NCBI GenBank assembly: GCA_964604305.1
Contig: CAZRYM010000004.1
Span: 4,553 to 68,552 of the forward strand
Length of the DNA stretch: 64,000 bases
Direction: 5' to 3'
Source: an uncultured Thermotogaceae bacterium
GTDB taxonomy: Bacteria > Thermotogota > Thermotogae > MWEM01
The first letter of the stretch is position 1. Each line of letters opens with the position of its first letter. The notes under the pieces are model-generated. The model saw only the letters and a program-made list of their open reading frames with translations. It ran no database searches and was not told the DNA's origin. Position numbers and translations under genes: made by a program. Shown here one piece after another: positions 9,207 through 19,835 of the stretch.

Positions 9207-10293
9207 GCAGAAGGATATTCAAGAGCTTATCAAAAAGTACGAGAGTTCGATTCTTTCTGATATTGATTTAACGAATACAAACCAAATCCAACCATCTCTT
9301 TTGGCGAATGCCCAAAAGGTTATCAATAACCAACTCATTCCAGAAACAATTAACATACAGATGCCGCATTCTGACGAAGAAACAAAAGAACGAATGAGAT
9401 ATGTCACAGCTTTGGAGATCAATCAGAAAATTGATAGAATACCGGTATTTTATATTCCACAAGGAAAAGTGGAATTTACTAGTTTTGAACGCCTATCAAT
9501 TCCCGCTGTGATTGGAGCAGCTTTGTTTGGATTAATTTTCTATTATGCCTTTGGTTCCTTCTTTAAAGAACCGCTTTATTCCACTCTGATCGGTATGCCA
9601 ATTGGGGCTGGTTTTTTTGTTTGGCTTTTTTCAAAGGTTATTAGACACCCCTTGATGAGTAAAATGGTCAAATGGGTAAGCGTTGCCGGACTTGCTGTTA
9701 TTACCATAGGGGCTGTTTTTTCCGGACTCAAGAAAACAATTGTATTCAAACCGAGAATCTCATTTTTGCAGTGGTTGTGGTTGACAATTTTAACTATATT
9801 AACTTTTTGGATTCTACATCTTTTTAAACCTAGAAAAGCAGATAATAGTGAGGAAATTGAACGTTGCTTGAAAGGGCAGCTGAAGATATTTCTTTTAGAT
9901 GTTTACGAAATATGCACATTTTTGCTGAAGGAAAATACTGAAAAACCGTTAACAGAAACAGGTCCATTTAAAAATGAACCCCAAAAAAATATGTTCTTTG
10001 AAAATTCACAACACATTGCATCTTCTGTACAACAGATGACATACGCTGTAAATAATCAGGATAAAGAAGCTGCTTTGTTATCAGTCAACAGTTTTTTGAA
10101 CAGTTTGAATTCTTTGGGAATTCATGAGAAGAATAATGAGAAAATGTTTAAATACACCAAAGAAGATTCAGATTACTATGACAGCTTTGGTATTATTCGA
10201 GATGGAGATATGGTTGAACAGCTATATAGTTCATGGGTAGATGATCAGGAAAGGTGTGTTTTTAAAGGGAAGGTAAAAAAGGTTAAAAAATGA
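9196..10293 (+). CDS. Polytopic membrane protein of unknown function
   Basis: The start is placed at the internal ATG 9196, preceded by GGGGTG. An N-terminal soluble region of about 110 aa is followed by about 4 TM helices and a C-terminal soluble domain of about 140 aa. It overlaps the upstream phosphorylase by 11 nt and the downstream ATPase by 4 nt. Confidence 0.5.
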   Translation: MKNEQKDIQELIKKYESSILSDIDLTNTNQIQPSLLANAQKVINNQLIPETINIQMPHSDEETKERMRYVTALEINQKIDRIPVFYIPQGKVEFTSFERLSIPAVIGAALFGLIFYYAFGSFFKEPLYSTLIGMPIGAGFFVWLFSKVIRHPLMSKMVKWVSVAGLAVITIGAVFSGLKKTIVFKPRISFLQWLWLTILTILTFWILHLFKPRKADNSEEIERCLKGQLKIFLLDVYEICTFLLKENTEKPLTETGPFKNEPQKNMFFENSQHIASSVQQMTYAVNNQDKEAALLSVNSFLNSLNSLGIHEKNNEKMFKYTKEDSDYYDSFGIIRDGDMVEQLYSSWVDDQERCVFKGKVKKVKK

Positions 10294-12311
10294 GAGAAGA
10301 AGAAAAAAAAACCAGACATATATTTGGACTTGATTTTGGAACATCAAATACACATATGAGTATATCCACTGCGGCAGAAGCTTTTCCGATAGTTGATGAT
10401 GTAAAGCTTGAATCAAACGCTTCAGTTCCTTCTGTGATACTTTATGATGAAAGGACTTTTGAAGTTCTTGGGTTTGGGCAACCCGCACTGGAAGAATGGT
10501 ATTCAATGAGCAGTTCACAGAGAAAGAAGTATACCCTTGGCACCGGTTTCAAACAACGCCTTGCATTCAACAAGCGAGCAGAAACAGAGACTGAATTGTT
10601 TATGGAAGCCTTATTTTCAAATCTCGAAAAACAAAAAATCTTTGAAGTTAAAAATTTTATGAACAATACTGAAATGGCATGTGGTGTTCCTTCAAAGACC
10701 ATCGAAAGCCATACCCAAAAAATATCAACAATTCTATCAAAGTTAATAGGACGCACACCAGTACTGATAGAAGAACCTTTAGGTGCTCTTTTTTACCATT
10801 TACTTAGAAAGGATATTACCAAAGAAGATGGTCGTGGTGGTGTATTGGTCATTGATTTTGGTGGGGGAACATTGGATCTGGCCTATATTAAAAATTTTAA
10901 AATTCAAAAAGTCTGGGGCTCTCCTTTAATTGGGGGGATTCTATTTGATGATCTCTTTTATAATCTATTTCTTGAGCAGAATCCCAAAGTTAAATCAACC
11001 ATCGAAAAAGAAGGCTTAAGTGGATATCTACGAACTGTTTTATTTAAGAACTTAAAAGAAAAATATTCTGTTTTGAATGCTACTTCAGGAAATCCTCAAT
11101 TTAGCGAGAATATTGTCTTTGGAAGTTCATTATACGGAACTTTGAAAATACCAAATTTAGAATATCTGTTAGAGAAAATGAGGCATTATCAAATGAGTAA
11201 GGAATTGAAACACGATTTGATGGGATCCAATTATTTGGATAGGATAAGCGTTGATGAAAAAATAGATTTACCAAAGATTATTACTCAAGAAGTATTACGA
11301 GGTAAAAGAGAATATGAGATTAGAACTGATACTGTTTCTCTGGTAATTTTAACAGGCGGCAGCAGTCGATGGCAATTTTTTATAGATATCATTGAAAAGG
11401 AATTTCCATATACCAGAATTTTGGCATCATCTGATCCTGAAGCAACCATTAGCAGGGGTCTTGGGCTTTGTTATTCTGCTAAACTTTACGAAAAAAAGGT
11501 GCGTTCTCAATTAAGTACAACCAAAGGAGAACTGATAAAAAGACTGGAAGATTCATACAAGAAATCCTTTAAAGCCTCTTTAGAACAATACACTCACACA
11601 GTTTATTCCATCTATTCACATGTCATTCAAACAGTTGTTTCACGGTTTATAGAAAAAGGGGGTTCAATAGCCGAACTTGAAGGACACTTGCGAGAAGCCT
11701 TTTCGGAAAGACAATTTGAGTTAGAGCGGTTAAATGAAGGATTCTTACAAAAGATTAATTACGAGATTGACGAAAAGACAAAAGAAGAATTAAGCAGATG
11801 GTTCAACCGTTCTTTAATCAATTATGAATTTCTTGATAAGACAAGTGTTGGAAGTGAAAAACTTATCAATGCAAATCGCGATTTGAGTATTTTGAATGAT
11901 GTTGTGTACTCCAGAATAACAGTCATCTCATCGGTTATTGTCGGTATTTTTTCAGGGACATTACTGGGTGGAGGAGGTATAGCACTAATTACCGCCGGTC
12001 CGTTGGGATGGTTGGGAGGATTTATCGCGGGTGTTTTATTCGCAATTGCATCTGCTATGGGATTAAAAAAAACTACTACAGATGCAATGAAGAAAATTAA
12101 AATTCCCAAATGGGTTATGAAAACACTTTTTATATCAAAAAACAGAGTGATAAAAAATGCAAAGAAAAAGCTTGAAAAGGATTTAACGCATTCACAAAAA
12201 AAGATTTACGAAACCTTTTTAAAACTTCTCAGAGAGAGTGATGAAAAGCTGGAATTACTCATAGAAGAACAGATTCAGGAGATCAGCTATTCAAATATCT
12301 TGGATTTTTAA
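10290..12311 (+). CDS. Hsp70 nucleotide-binding-domain-like ATPase with coiled-coil and C-terminal glycine-zipper membrane anchor. No substrate-binding domain
   Basis: Hsp70 phosphate-1 (GLDFGTSNT), phosphate-2 (VLVIDFGGGTLDL) and adenosine (ILTGGSSRWQF) motifs. The membrane anchor is near the C-terminus: GIFSGTLLGGGGIALITAGPLGWLGGFIAGVLFAIASAMGL. Confidence 0.6.
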   Translation: MREEEKKTRHIFGLDFGTSNTHMSISTAAEAFPIVDDVKLESNASVPSVILYDERTFEVLGFGQPALEEWYSMSSSQRKKYTLGTGFKQRLAFNKRAETETELFMEALFSNLEKQKIFEVKNFMNNTEMACGVPSKTIESHTQKISTILSKLIGRTPVLIEEPLGALFYHLLRKDITKEDGRGGVLVIDFGGGTLDLAYIKNFKIQKVWGSPLIGGILFDDLFYNLFLEQNPKVKSTIEKEGLSGYLRTVLFKNLKEKYSVLNATSGNPQFSENIVFGSSLYGTLKIPNLEYLLEKMRHYQMSKELKHDLMGSNYLDRISVDEKIDLPKIITQEVLRGKREYEIRTDTVSLVILTGGSSRWQFFIDIIEKEFPYTRILASSDPEATISRGLGLCYSAKLYEKKVRSQLSTTKGELIKRLEDSYKKSFKASLEQYTHTVYSIYSHVIQTVVSRFIEKGGSIAELEGHLREAFSERQFELERLNEGFLQKINYEIDEKTKEELSRWFNRSLINYEFLDKTSVGSEKLINANRDLSILNDVVYSRITVISSVIVGIFSGTLLGGGGIALITAGPLGWLGGFIAGVLFAIASAMGLKKTTTDAMKKIKIPKWVMKTLFISKNRVIKNAKKKLEKDLTHSQKKIYETFLKLLRESDEKLELLIEEQIQEISYSNILDF

Positions 12312-12392
12312 ATCAGAAAAACAACAGATGCAATTTATAACGTCAAAACATATGATAGAATTGTCATATCAATTATTTTGGAGGTAGACTCT

Positions 12393-12860
12393 ATGAAAAG
12401 ATTAATTTTAGTAATGATGCTGATGGTAATGGCTGGAATTATTTTTTCTGCCATGATGGCAACAACAGATGACGGCAGAAGGGTTGTGTTGAATAACAAC
12501 GGAACATGGGAATGGTTGAATCAACCACAGCCAACTCCTTCACCTCAAGCTCGATTGCTTTATGATATTACAGGTTCCTGGAAAATTTCCTTTACTATTG
12601 GAATCTTCGATGAAAGTTTTGATATGGATATATCATTGGAAAACGGTTCTTATATTGCGCTTTGGCATGGAACTTTTTCAGATGAAAAATACCCAATTAC
12701 AGTGCTAAACGAAAGGGAGATTAAATTTCAGGGGAAGTCATTCCACAATGGTGTTTTATCATTTGATGCCACAATAAAAGATTCGAATAACATGCAGGGA
12801 ATAGCTTCAAGTAGTGGAACCTTTGCAAAATCAGGTTCATTTAAAGCAGTTAGAAAATAG
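12393..12860 (+). CDS. Small secreted or exported protein, hypothetical
   Basis: Signal-peptide-like MKRLILVMMLMVMAGIIFSAMMA. GGAGGT sits 8 nt upstream of ATG 12393. Confidence 0.45.
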   Translation: MKRLILVMMLMVMAGIIFSAMMATTDDGRRVVLNNNGTWEWLNQPQPTPSPQARLLYDITGSWKISFTIGIFDESFDMDISLENGSYIALWHGTFSDEKYPITVLNEREIKFQGKSFHNGVLSFDATIKDSNNMQGIASSSGTFAKSGSFKAVRK

Positions 12861-12873
12861 GAGAGGTGAAAAA

Positions 12874-14100
12874 ATGAATAAAAGCGTTGAACTTGGTGTC
12901 AAAAAAATGGAATGGGCTTGGCAGTATATGGATGTTTTAAGAGAGATTAAAATGAGATACATAAATGAAAAGCCCTTCAAAGGTGCAAAAGTAGTTGTAT
13001 GTTGTCATCTCGAGGCCAAAACGGCTAACTTGGGCAGATTAATCGGAGACCTTGGAGCTGAAGTTTGGGTGACGGGTTCGAACCCCTTGTCTACTCAAGA
13101 TGATATTGCTGACGCCTTAAGAGAACATTATGGTGTAACGGTACATGCAAAACATACGAATGACGATGAAGCGTTCAGAAAAAATTTGTATAAAGTCCTG
13201 GAACTGGAACCCGATCTGATTTTAGATGATGGTGGTGATCTGGCGACAATTGTTCACACCGAATACACCAATTATTTGAAGAATCTGAAGGGAATTTCGG
13301 AAGAGACCACTACAGGAGTACACAGACTCAGAGCACTTGATGAGGCAGGAAAACTGGCTGTCCCAGCCATAGCTGCAAATGATGGTATGATGAAATATCT
13401 TTTTGACAACAGGTATGGAACGGGTCAATCAACATGGGATGGTATCATACGAAGCACAAACGTTTCCATAGCAGGTAAAAATGTGGTTGTGGCGGGTTAT
13501 GGTTGGTGTGGTAGAGGTGTTGCCATGAGAGCTAAAGGACTTGGTGCAAGCGTTATAGTTACAGAAGTAGACCCGATAAAATCTATTGAAGCGGTAATGG
13601 ACGGTTTTAAAGTAATGACTATGGAAAAGGCAGCATCTATTGGAGATATTTTCACTACGTTAACCGGGGATATTAATGTCATTACCAAAGAGCATTTTGC
13701 ATTAATGCAAGAAGGAGCTATCCTGGCAAATGCCGGACATTTTGATGTGGAAATATCAATGAAGCAACTACGTGAATACAGTGTAGAGCAATGGGAAGCC
13801 AGACCAAATGTGATGGGATACAAGCTACCTAATGGGAAAAGCATTTATGTGATAGCGGAAGGAAGGCTTGTAAATCTTGCTGCTGCCGATGGACACCCCA
13901 TTGAAATTATGGACACCTCATTTGGAGTTCAGTTGATGAGCCTCAAATACTTGTGGGAAAATCGAGGAAAACTTGAAAATCACTTGATGAATGTTCCGGA
14001 ACAAATAGATAGAGAGCTGGCGGCAATTAAATTAAAGACAATGGGAATTACTATTGATGAGTTGAGCGAGGAACAAAAGAAATATCTATCAAGCTGGTGA
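12874..14100 (+). CDS. ahcY: Adenosylhomocysteinase
   Basis: The N-terminal and NAD-binding blocks (VAGYGWCGRGVA) are those of S-adenosylhomocysteine hydrolase. The start is ATG 12874 after GAGAGGTGA. Confidence 0.9.
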   Translation: MNKSVELGVKKMEWAWQYMDVLREIKMRYINEKPFKGAKVVVCCHLEAKTANLGRLIGDLGAEVWVTGSNPLSTQDDIADALREHYGVTVHAKHTNDDEAFRKNLYKVLELEPDLILDDGGDLATIVHTEYTNYLKNLKGISEETTTGVHRLRALDEAGKLAVPAIAANDGMMKYLFDNRYGTGQSTWDGIIRSTNVSIAGKNVVVAGYGWCGRGVAMRAKGLGASVIVTEVDPIKSIEAVMDGFKVMTMEKAASIGDIFTTLTGDINVITKEHFALMQEGAILANAGHFDVEISMKQLREYSVEQWEARPNVMGYKLPNGKSIYVIAEGRLVNLAAADGHPIEIMDTSFGVQLMSLKYLWENRGKLENHLMNVPEQIDRELAAIKLKTMGITIDELSEEQKKYLSSW

Positions 14101-14104
14101 TCGA

Positions 14105-15631
14105 ATGAATATTGAACGCGCCTTAATATCAGTCTATGATAAGACCGGTATTGAATACCTTGCCTCCTATTTAAACAACAATGGGGTTGATATCATTTCA
14201 ACAGGCGGAACTTATGAATACCTAAAAAAATTTGGGATAAAGGTTCAATCTGTTGAAGATTACACCGGAGTAGTAGAGATGTTTGATGGCAGAATAAAAA
14301 CCATTAGTTCCAGAATAGCAGGTGGAATACTTGCTGACAGATCAAAAAAAGATCATGTGAATCAGATGGTTACTGCGAATATACCAAACATAGATATGAT
14401 TGTTGTTAATCTTTGTCCTTTTAAAGAATTTTCCAAAGATACATTTGATGAATTTGAACTGATTGACAAGATAGACATAGGCGGTATCAATTTAATCAGA
14501 TCGGCAGCAAAAAACTACAGGGATGTATTGCCTATTGTGAATCCTTCTGATTATGAGAAGATTATTAAAAGTTTTGATTTGTGTGGAGATGTGCCCCTGC
14601 AAAAAAGACGTAAGCTGGCACTTAAGGCATTTTACAGCACGATGAAATATGAAGAAAGCATACATGAAGCTTTATCGTTTCTGTTTGCTGAAGAGAAGTA
14701 TAAACATATTACTCTTGAACGGCTTGAAGATTTTAAGTATGGTGATAACCCGCATCAGGAAGCATTTCTTCTGAAGATTGCAGGAGAGGAGTCATTATTT
14801 GATCATGTGGAATTTATTGTCAAAAACTCCCTCACTTTAAGATTATACCGACAGATTTTCAACGGAATCAGTTTTATGAAAAATATTTCATCAGGTGGAT
14901 TCACCATATTAATCAATCTTTCACCTGTTTTCTTTTCACAAAAAGATAACGATAAAGAGTATTTAAAGATGATTGAAAGTGATTTAAATAAAAGATCCAA
15001 TGGGAATTTAGCTTTAGTTAGTAAAGGTACTATCAATTTGTCAACAGCTCAATATATTATCGCAAATAAAGTCAACACAGTGGTGGCTACTGAATTTTCT
15101 GAAGATGCATTGTCATTGCTTAAGTCTTCAAATATACCAATTTTAGCAAGATGTCACAATTTTGAGCATTCCAATACACAAAGGATATTTCTTGAAAATG
15201 AAGTGCTTTTTCAACAGAAAGATAATGTTGAAGACTTTGGTAATATTATTGAGAGAATTAGTCAAAAAGAGAAGAAGCCTTATAGAGAAGACCTTCTTTT
15301 GATGATTCAAATGATACGTGTACTTGAAACAAATTCAATTTTGAGAATAAAAGACGGTAGAATACTTTCTGTTTCAAGCGGAATGCTCGATGATAAAGAG
15401 TCATTGGATGTTGCGATATCCAGGTTTGAAAAATTGACCCAAGAAATAAAGGGTGGTGTACTTGGATTTGACTCAGCCCCAAGCATTCAAGTGATCAAAC
15501 GAGCTTATAATCAATTGGAAATTGAATGCATTGTGAAACCAAAAAGTAAAAGAGACGAAGAAGAAATTCTTGATTTTGTTGAAGATAAAGGAATTAGTTT
15601 ATATGAATTTGAGAGACGACATTACAGATAA
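14105..15631 (+). CDS. purH: Bifunctional purine biosynthesis protein PurH-like (IMP cyclohydrolase/AICAR transformylase), divergent
   Basis: N-terminal MGS-like blocks ([52 protein letters not shown]), the YGDNPHQ motif and a C-terminal ...FERRHYR match PurH. The C-terminal half is divergent. Confidence 0.6.
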   Translation: MNIERALISVYDKTGIEYLASYLNNNGVDIISTGGTYEYLKKFGIKVQSVEDYTGVVEMFDGRIKTISSRIAGGILADRSKKDHVNQMVTANIPNIDMIVVNLCPFKEFSKDTFDEFELIDKIDIGGINLIRSAAKNYRDVLPIVNPSDYEKIIKSFDLCGDVPLQKRRKLALKAFYSTMKYEESIHEALSFLFAEEKYKHITLERLEDFKYGDNPHQEAFLLKIAGEESLFDHVEFIVKNSLTLRLYRQIFNGISFMKNISSGGFTILINLSPVFFSQKDNDKEYLKMIESDLNKRSNGNLALVSKGTINLSTAQYIIANKVNTVVATEFSEDALSLLKSSNIPILARCHNFEHSNTQRIFLENEVLFQQKDNVEDFGNIIERISQKEKKPYREDLLLMIQMIRVLETNSILRIKDGRILSVSSGMLDDKESLDVAISRFEKLTQEIKGGVLGFDSAPSIQVIKRAYNQLEIECIVKPKSKRDEEEILDFVEDKGISLYEFERRHYR

Positions 15632-15653
15632 AAGAACGACTCGGGAGGCATGT

Positions 15654-16676
15654 ATGGAGAAAAAGAACGAAATATTTGAAGAACTTGAAAAAGTTAGCCA
15701 AGAAGCAGTCAAGGAGATAGAAAATGTAAAAAATCATAATGAACTCGATGTTATAAGGATCAAGTATTTAGGAAAAAAGGGGATATTGACAACCAAATTT
15801 TTAAAGCGCTTGGGTAAACTTGATCCAGAAGTAAGACCCGAAGTCGGTCAAAAAACAAATATATGCAAAGAAATCATCAATCAGCACTTGAGTGAAAAAA
15901 AGAATGGTCTGGATTCAATTGAAAAAGAAAAAAGAGAAGAAGACCTTTACGTTGATATAACCAGACCCGGTGCTCGAAGGCGAATCGGATTCGAACATTT
16001 GCTGAAGAAAACACAAAAAGAGATTGAAGAAATCTTCATTTCTCTTGGATATGCCGTTAAAGAAGGCCCTGAGATTGAGGATGTTTTTTATAATTTCGAA
16101 GCGTTAAATACACCCGAATGGCATCCGGCAAGAGATGAGCATGATAGTTTTTATTTACGTGAAAACGAATATCTCCTGCGAACTCACACCTCACCTGTTC
16201 AGATTCGAACCATGCAAAAAGAAGAACCACCGATTGCAGTAATAGCCCCTGGAAAAGTATATAGAAGTGATTACGATGCGACACATCTTCCAATGTTTCA
16301 TCAGACAGAAGGCTTATTTGTTGACAAAGATATCAATGTAGCCCATTTAAAAGGAACACTTGAACATTTTATGAAAGAACTTTTTTCAGAGGATATCACC
16401 ATTAGGCTTAGACCATCGTTTTTCCCATTTACCGAACCCAGTTTTGAGGTTGATATCAGTTGGAAGGATAAATATGGAAAGGAACAATGGCTTGAAGTTC
16501 TTGGGGCAGGGATGGTTGATCCCAATGTCTTTAAGGCGGTAGGCTACGATCCGGAAATTTGGAGTGGCTTTGCCTTTGGGGCTGGAATAGAAAGATTGAC
16601 CATGCTAAAATATGGCCTGACTGATATTAGAGACCTGGTAAGAGGCGATATCAGATTCTTGAGACAGGAACTTTAA
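15654..16676 (+). CDS. pheS: Phenylalanine--tRNA ligase alpha subunit
   Basis: [12 protein letters not shown] and GAGMVDPNV are class II aaRS motifs. The start is ATG 15654 after GGGAGG. Confidence 0.9.
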   Translation: MEKKNEIFEELEKVSQEAVKEIENVKNHNELDVIRIKYLGKKGILTTKFLKRLGKLDPEVRPEVGQKTNICKEIINQHLSEKKNGLDSIEKEKREEDLYVDITRPGARRRIGFEHLLKKTQKEIEEIFISLGYAVKEGPEIEDVFYNFEALNTPEWHPARDEHDSFYLRENEYLLRTHTSPVQIRTMQKEEPPIAVIAPGKVYRSDYDATHLPMFHQTEGLFVDKDINVAHLKGTLEHFMKELFSEDITIRLRPSFFPFTEPSFEVDISWKDKYGKEQWLEVLGAGMVDPNVFKAVGYDPEIWSGFAFGAGIERLTMLKYGLTDIRDLVRGDIRFLRQEL

Positions 16677-16687
16677 GGAGGTAAAGA

Positions 16688-19126
16688 ATGCTAATTTCCA
16701 AAATATGGTTGGATAAATATATAGATGTTATGGATCTTGAAGATGAAAAATTGGAAAGACTTTTAAGCTTAAGCGGAACGTCGGTAGAAAGTATTGAACA
16801 GCCCTGGGAAGAGATCTCAGGTGTTTATACCGGAACAATAACCGAGATAAGGAATCATCCTGATGCTGATAAGCTTATTATTTGTACGGTGGATACCAAA
16901 GATGCAAAGCATCAAATTGTTACTGGTGATAAAACTTTAAAAGAGGGAGATATCGTTCCCCTGGCAATAATTGGGGCAACGCTAAAAGAAGGTTTTAAGA
17001 TAAAAAAGGCGAAACTTCGAGGCGTTCCCTCAGAGGGTATGATGTGTTCTCTTGAGGAGTTAAAACTGGAGCAAAAATCTGATGCCGTCTACCGACTGAA
17101 CGATGAGGTTGAAAACGGCTTAGACATCTGTCAGCTGTTCATGCTTGATGATAGTGTTTATGATTTGGAAATTACTGCCAACAGACCTGATGAACTTGCA
17201 TTTTTGGGTATCGCTCGTGAAGTAAAGGCACTTTTGGATGATAAAAGAGAAATCAAGAAACAACCTGTAGCCTATAATGTTAGTAATAAAAAAACCGCTT
17301 CCTTTATGTCCATACGGATAGAAAATCCGGAATTTTGCAACAGGTATACTGGATTGATCATTGAAAATGTTAAAGTTCAGGAATCTCCGTTGTGGCTTAA
17401 ACGTGACCTGATGTCAATAGGCATCAGACCCATAAACAATGTTGTAGATATTACGAATTATATCCTGATGGAAACGGGACACCCGGTTCATGCATTTGAC
17501 TATGATAAGTTGCAACATAAATCTATTGTTGTTAGATTAGCAAAAAAGAAGGAAACGCTTCAGTTGCTGAATGAAGAAGAGCCGGAATTTGAAGGCGATG
17601 AATTGCTAATCACAGATGGTGTAAATCCTTTAGCATTAGCCGGTATTATGGGGGGAGAAGGAACTGGTGTTACAGAAGAGACAAAAACCGTCTTTTTGGA
17701 AGTTGCATATTTTAATCCTGTCAAAATTAGAAGAATCGCAAGAAGACTTAATATCATGAGTGACTCTTCATATCGTTTTGAAAGAGGTGTCAATCCCAAC
17801 GATGCAGAATATGTTATTAACCGTTTGGGACATATGATCTCGAAATTGGCTTCAGGACTCCCCGCAGCAGAAATGTTGGATGTCTATCCAAATCCTATCA
17901 AGCCGAAAAAAATTAATCTCAGAAAGGAAAAGGTTGAAAATCTTCTTGGAATTGATTACAGTAAAAAGCAGATTGAAGACTCTCTCTCAAATCTTGGATT
18001 TGAAGTTTATGCTAAATCAGACAGGACAAGTTGGGAAGTAGTAATACCCACTTTTCGCCCTGATGTTGAGCGAGAAGTTGACCTGATTGAAGAGATTGGA
18101 AGGATTGTGGGGTATGAAAAGATACCTTCCAAAATCCCTTACTTAAAAGGCTATTCACTTTCAAGAGATTCTTATCAGAACTTCAGATACAAGTTAAGAA
18201 ATTTGGTAATGGCTGCCGGTTACAATGAAATTATTCCCATTTCACTTATTGACCCTACAGATATAACTAAGATATCAAAAGACCCGGATTTCGAATGGAA
18301 TAAAAACAAGATTGAAATTATAAAATCCATTTCAAAAGATATGTCGATTTTAAGACCATCATTACTCATAACCATGTTAAAGACCATGGGGTACAATCAT
18401 TCACATCAACAATATAATTTAAAACTTTTCGAAACAGGATCATCTTTTCAGAGGGATGGAAAAGGGAATTTTCAAGAGTATGAACAGCTGGTAATGGCTG
18501 CAACTGGGGAAACTGAACCTGAAAATTATCAGAGCAAACAAAAAATGGACTTTTTCAATTTTAAGGGTTCAATAGAAGAGATTTTGTGGCATCTGGAAAT
18601 AGATAATGAAAAAATTGTCTTTGAAAGACCAAAAAATGATACCATTTATACACAGATCATGTATTCAGCTCAAAGTGCGAGAATTTTATTTGACAATGAA
18701 GAAATTGGTTTCTTTGGCTTAATTAGAAGGGAAATAGCTGATGAATTTTCGATCAATGAAAACACTTACTTTTGTGAGCTGAGTCTAGAAAAGATCCACA
18801 TACTCCAAAAAGAATTGCAAAGAAAATGGAGGTCCATTTTGGGAACGAATTTCCCCGCCAGTAAGAAGGATTTTTCGATACTGGTTGGAAAAGGAACGGA
18901 AATCGGTCACATTTTAAAAAAGATCAAAAATATTGAAAATGTTGAAAATGTAACCATTATCGATGTTTACAGTGGGAAAAATATACCAAAAGGATTCAAC
19001 AGTATTACCTTATCCGTCATATTCAGATCAACTATTCGCACTCTTTCCGAAGCAGAGTTGGATCAGAATTTTAACGCTGTGATTGATATCTTTAGAGAAG
19101 AAGGATTGGAGATGAGGGAAGGATAA
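16688..19126 (+). CDS. pheT: Phenylalanine--tRNA ligase beta subunit
   Basis: 812 aa. It lies immediately after pheS. It has tRNA-binding, B3/B4, B5 and FDX-ACB regions. Confidence 0.9.
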   Translation: MLISKIWLDKYIDVMDLEDEKLERLLSLSGTSVESIEQPWEEISGVYTGTITEIRNHPDADKLIICTVDTKDAKHQIVTGDKTLKEGDIVPLAIIGATLKEGFKIKKAKLRGVPSEGMMCSLEELKLEQKSDAVYRLNDEVENGLDICQLFMLDDSVYDLEITANRPDELAFLGIAREVKALLDDKREIKKQPVAYNVSNKKTASFMSIRIENPEFCNRYTGLIIENVKVQESPLWLKRDLMSIGIRPINNVVDITNYILMETGHPVHAFDYDKLQHKSIVVRLAKKKETLQLLNEEEPEFEGDELLITDGVNPLALAGIMGGEGTGVTEETKTVFLEVAYFNPVKIRRIARRLNIMSDSSYRFERGVNPNDAEYVINRLGHMISKLASGLPAAEMLDVYPNPIKPKKINLRKEKVENLLGIDYSKKQIEDSLSNLGFEVYAKSDRTSWEVVIPTFRPDVEREVDLIEEIGRIVGYEKIPSKIPYLKGYSLSRDSYQNFRYKLRNLVMAAGYNEIIPISLIDPTDITKISKDPDFEWNKNKIEIIKSISKDMSILRPSLLITMLKTMGYNHSHQQYNLKLFETGSSFQRDGKGNFQEYEQLVMAATGETEPENYQSKQKMDFFNFKGSIEEILWHLEIDNEKIVFERPKNDTIYTQIMYSAQSARILFDNEEIGFFGLIRREIADEFSINENTYFCELSLEKIHILQKELQRKWRSILGTNFPASKKDFSILVGKGTEIGHILKKIKNIENVENVTIIDVYSGKNIPKGFNSITLSVIFRSTIRTLSEAELDQNFNAVIDIFREEGLEMREG

Positions 19127-19130
19127 AAAG

Positions 19131-19493
19131 ATGTTGATCACTAAAATTTTTAAATTTGATGCTGCTCATCACCTGATTCAATATCATGGAAAATGCGAAA
19201 AACTGCATGGTCATACCTATCGATTGGAAGTAACAGTCGAAGGGGAATTAAATGAAGAGAAAATGGTCATCGATTTTCTGTTGTTGAAAAAAATTGTTCA
19301 GGAACGGGTCTTAGGTGTTCTTGATCATGCCTATATCAATGATTTCATTGAACAACCAACTGCAGAGAATATTGCTATATGGATTTGGGAAAAGCTTGAA
19401 AGAGAACTGAACAAAGACAATCATCATCTCGACAAAATAAAAGTTTATGAAACTGAAACGAGCTATGTTACCTACAGAGGTGAATTGCATTGA
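19131..19493 (+). CDS. queD: 6-carboxy-5,6,7,8-tetrahydropterin synthase (QueD / PTPS family)
   Basis: 120 aa. The zinc-binding CEKLHGHTY motif. Confidence 0.75.
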   Translation: MLITKIFKFDAAHHLIQYHGKCEKLHGHTYRLEVTVEGELNEEKMVIDFLLLKKIVQERVLGVLDHAYINDFIEQPTAENIAIWIWEKLERELNKDNHHLDKIKVYETETSYVTYRGELH

Positions 19494-19738
19494 TTAATCT
19501 CTTGTTGGTTTTTTCGCTCATTGCTCTTATTGGTTTTCAGCTTTTGAATTCATTTAGAAAAAGAAATAACTGGAATATTCTTGTTCAGATGAATTCGGTT
19601 GGCATGAAGGTGTTGATTTTATTTATGTTTTATTCCATGATAAACGGACTGGCTTACATCCTTGATATCATTCTCGTTTTGTTAGTGCTAAATGTAGTTG
19701 GTACGATTATAATTTCAAGATATAATAGCAAAAATTAA
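19490..19738 (+). CDS. Small hydrophobic membrane protein, hypothetical
   Basis: 82 aa with 2-3 predicted TM helices. The ATGA overlap with queD. Confidence 0.35.
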   Translation: MINLLLVFSLIALIGFQLLNSFRKRNNWNILVQMNSVGMKVLILFMFYSMINGLAYILDIILVLLVLNVVGTIIISRYNSKN

Positions 19739-19835
19739 CAAAAATATAATTTACTCTGTATCTATTTGCAACGAAAAACTGTTAAAATTATAGATGATTA
19801 AGATATAGCATGATTGGGAGGTGCTGAAGAAAAAT

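Noticed and set aside
19739-19835. Candidate Fur/PerR-box upstream of the Fur-family gene (TTATAGATGATTAAGATATAGCATGATT)
   Set aside because: It is AT-rich with some dyad character but has no convincing match to the 19-bp Fur box or the PerR box. It is not reported as a feature
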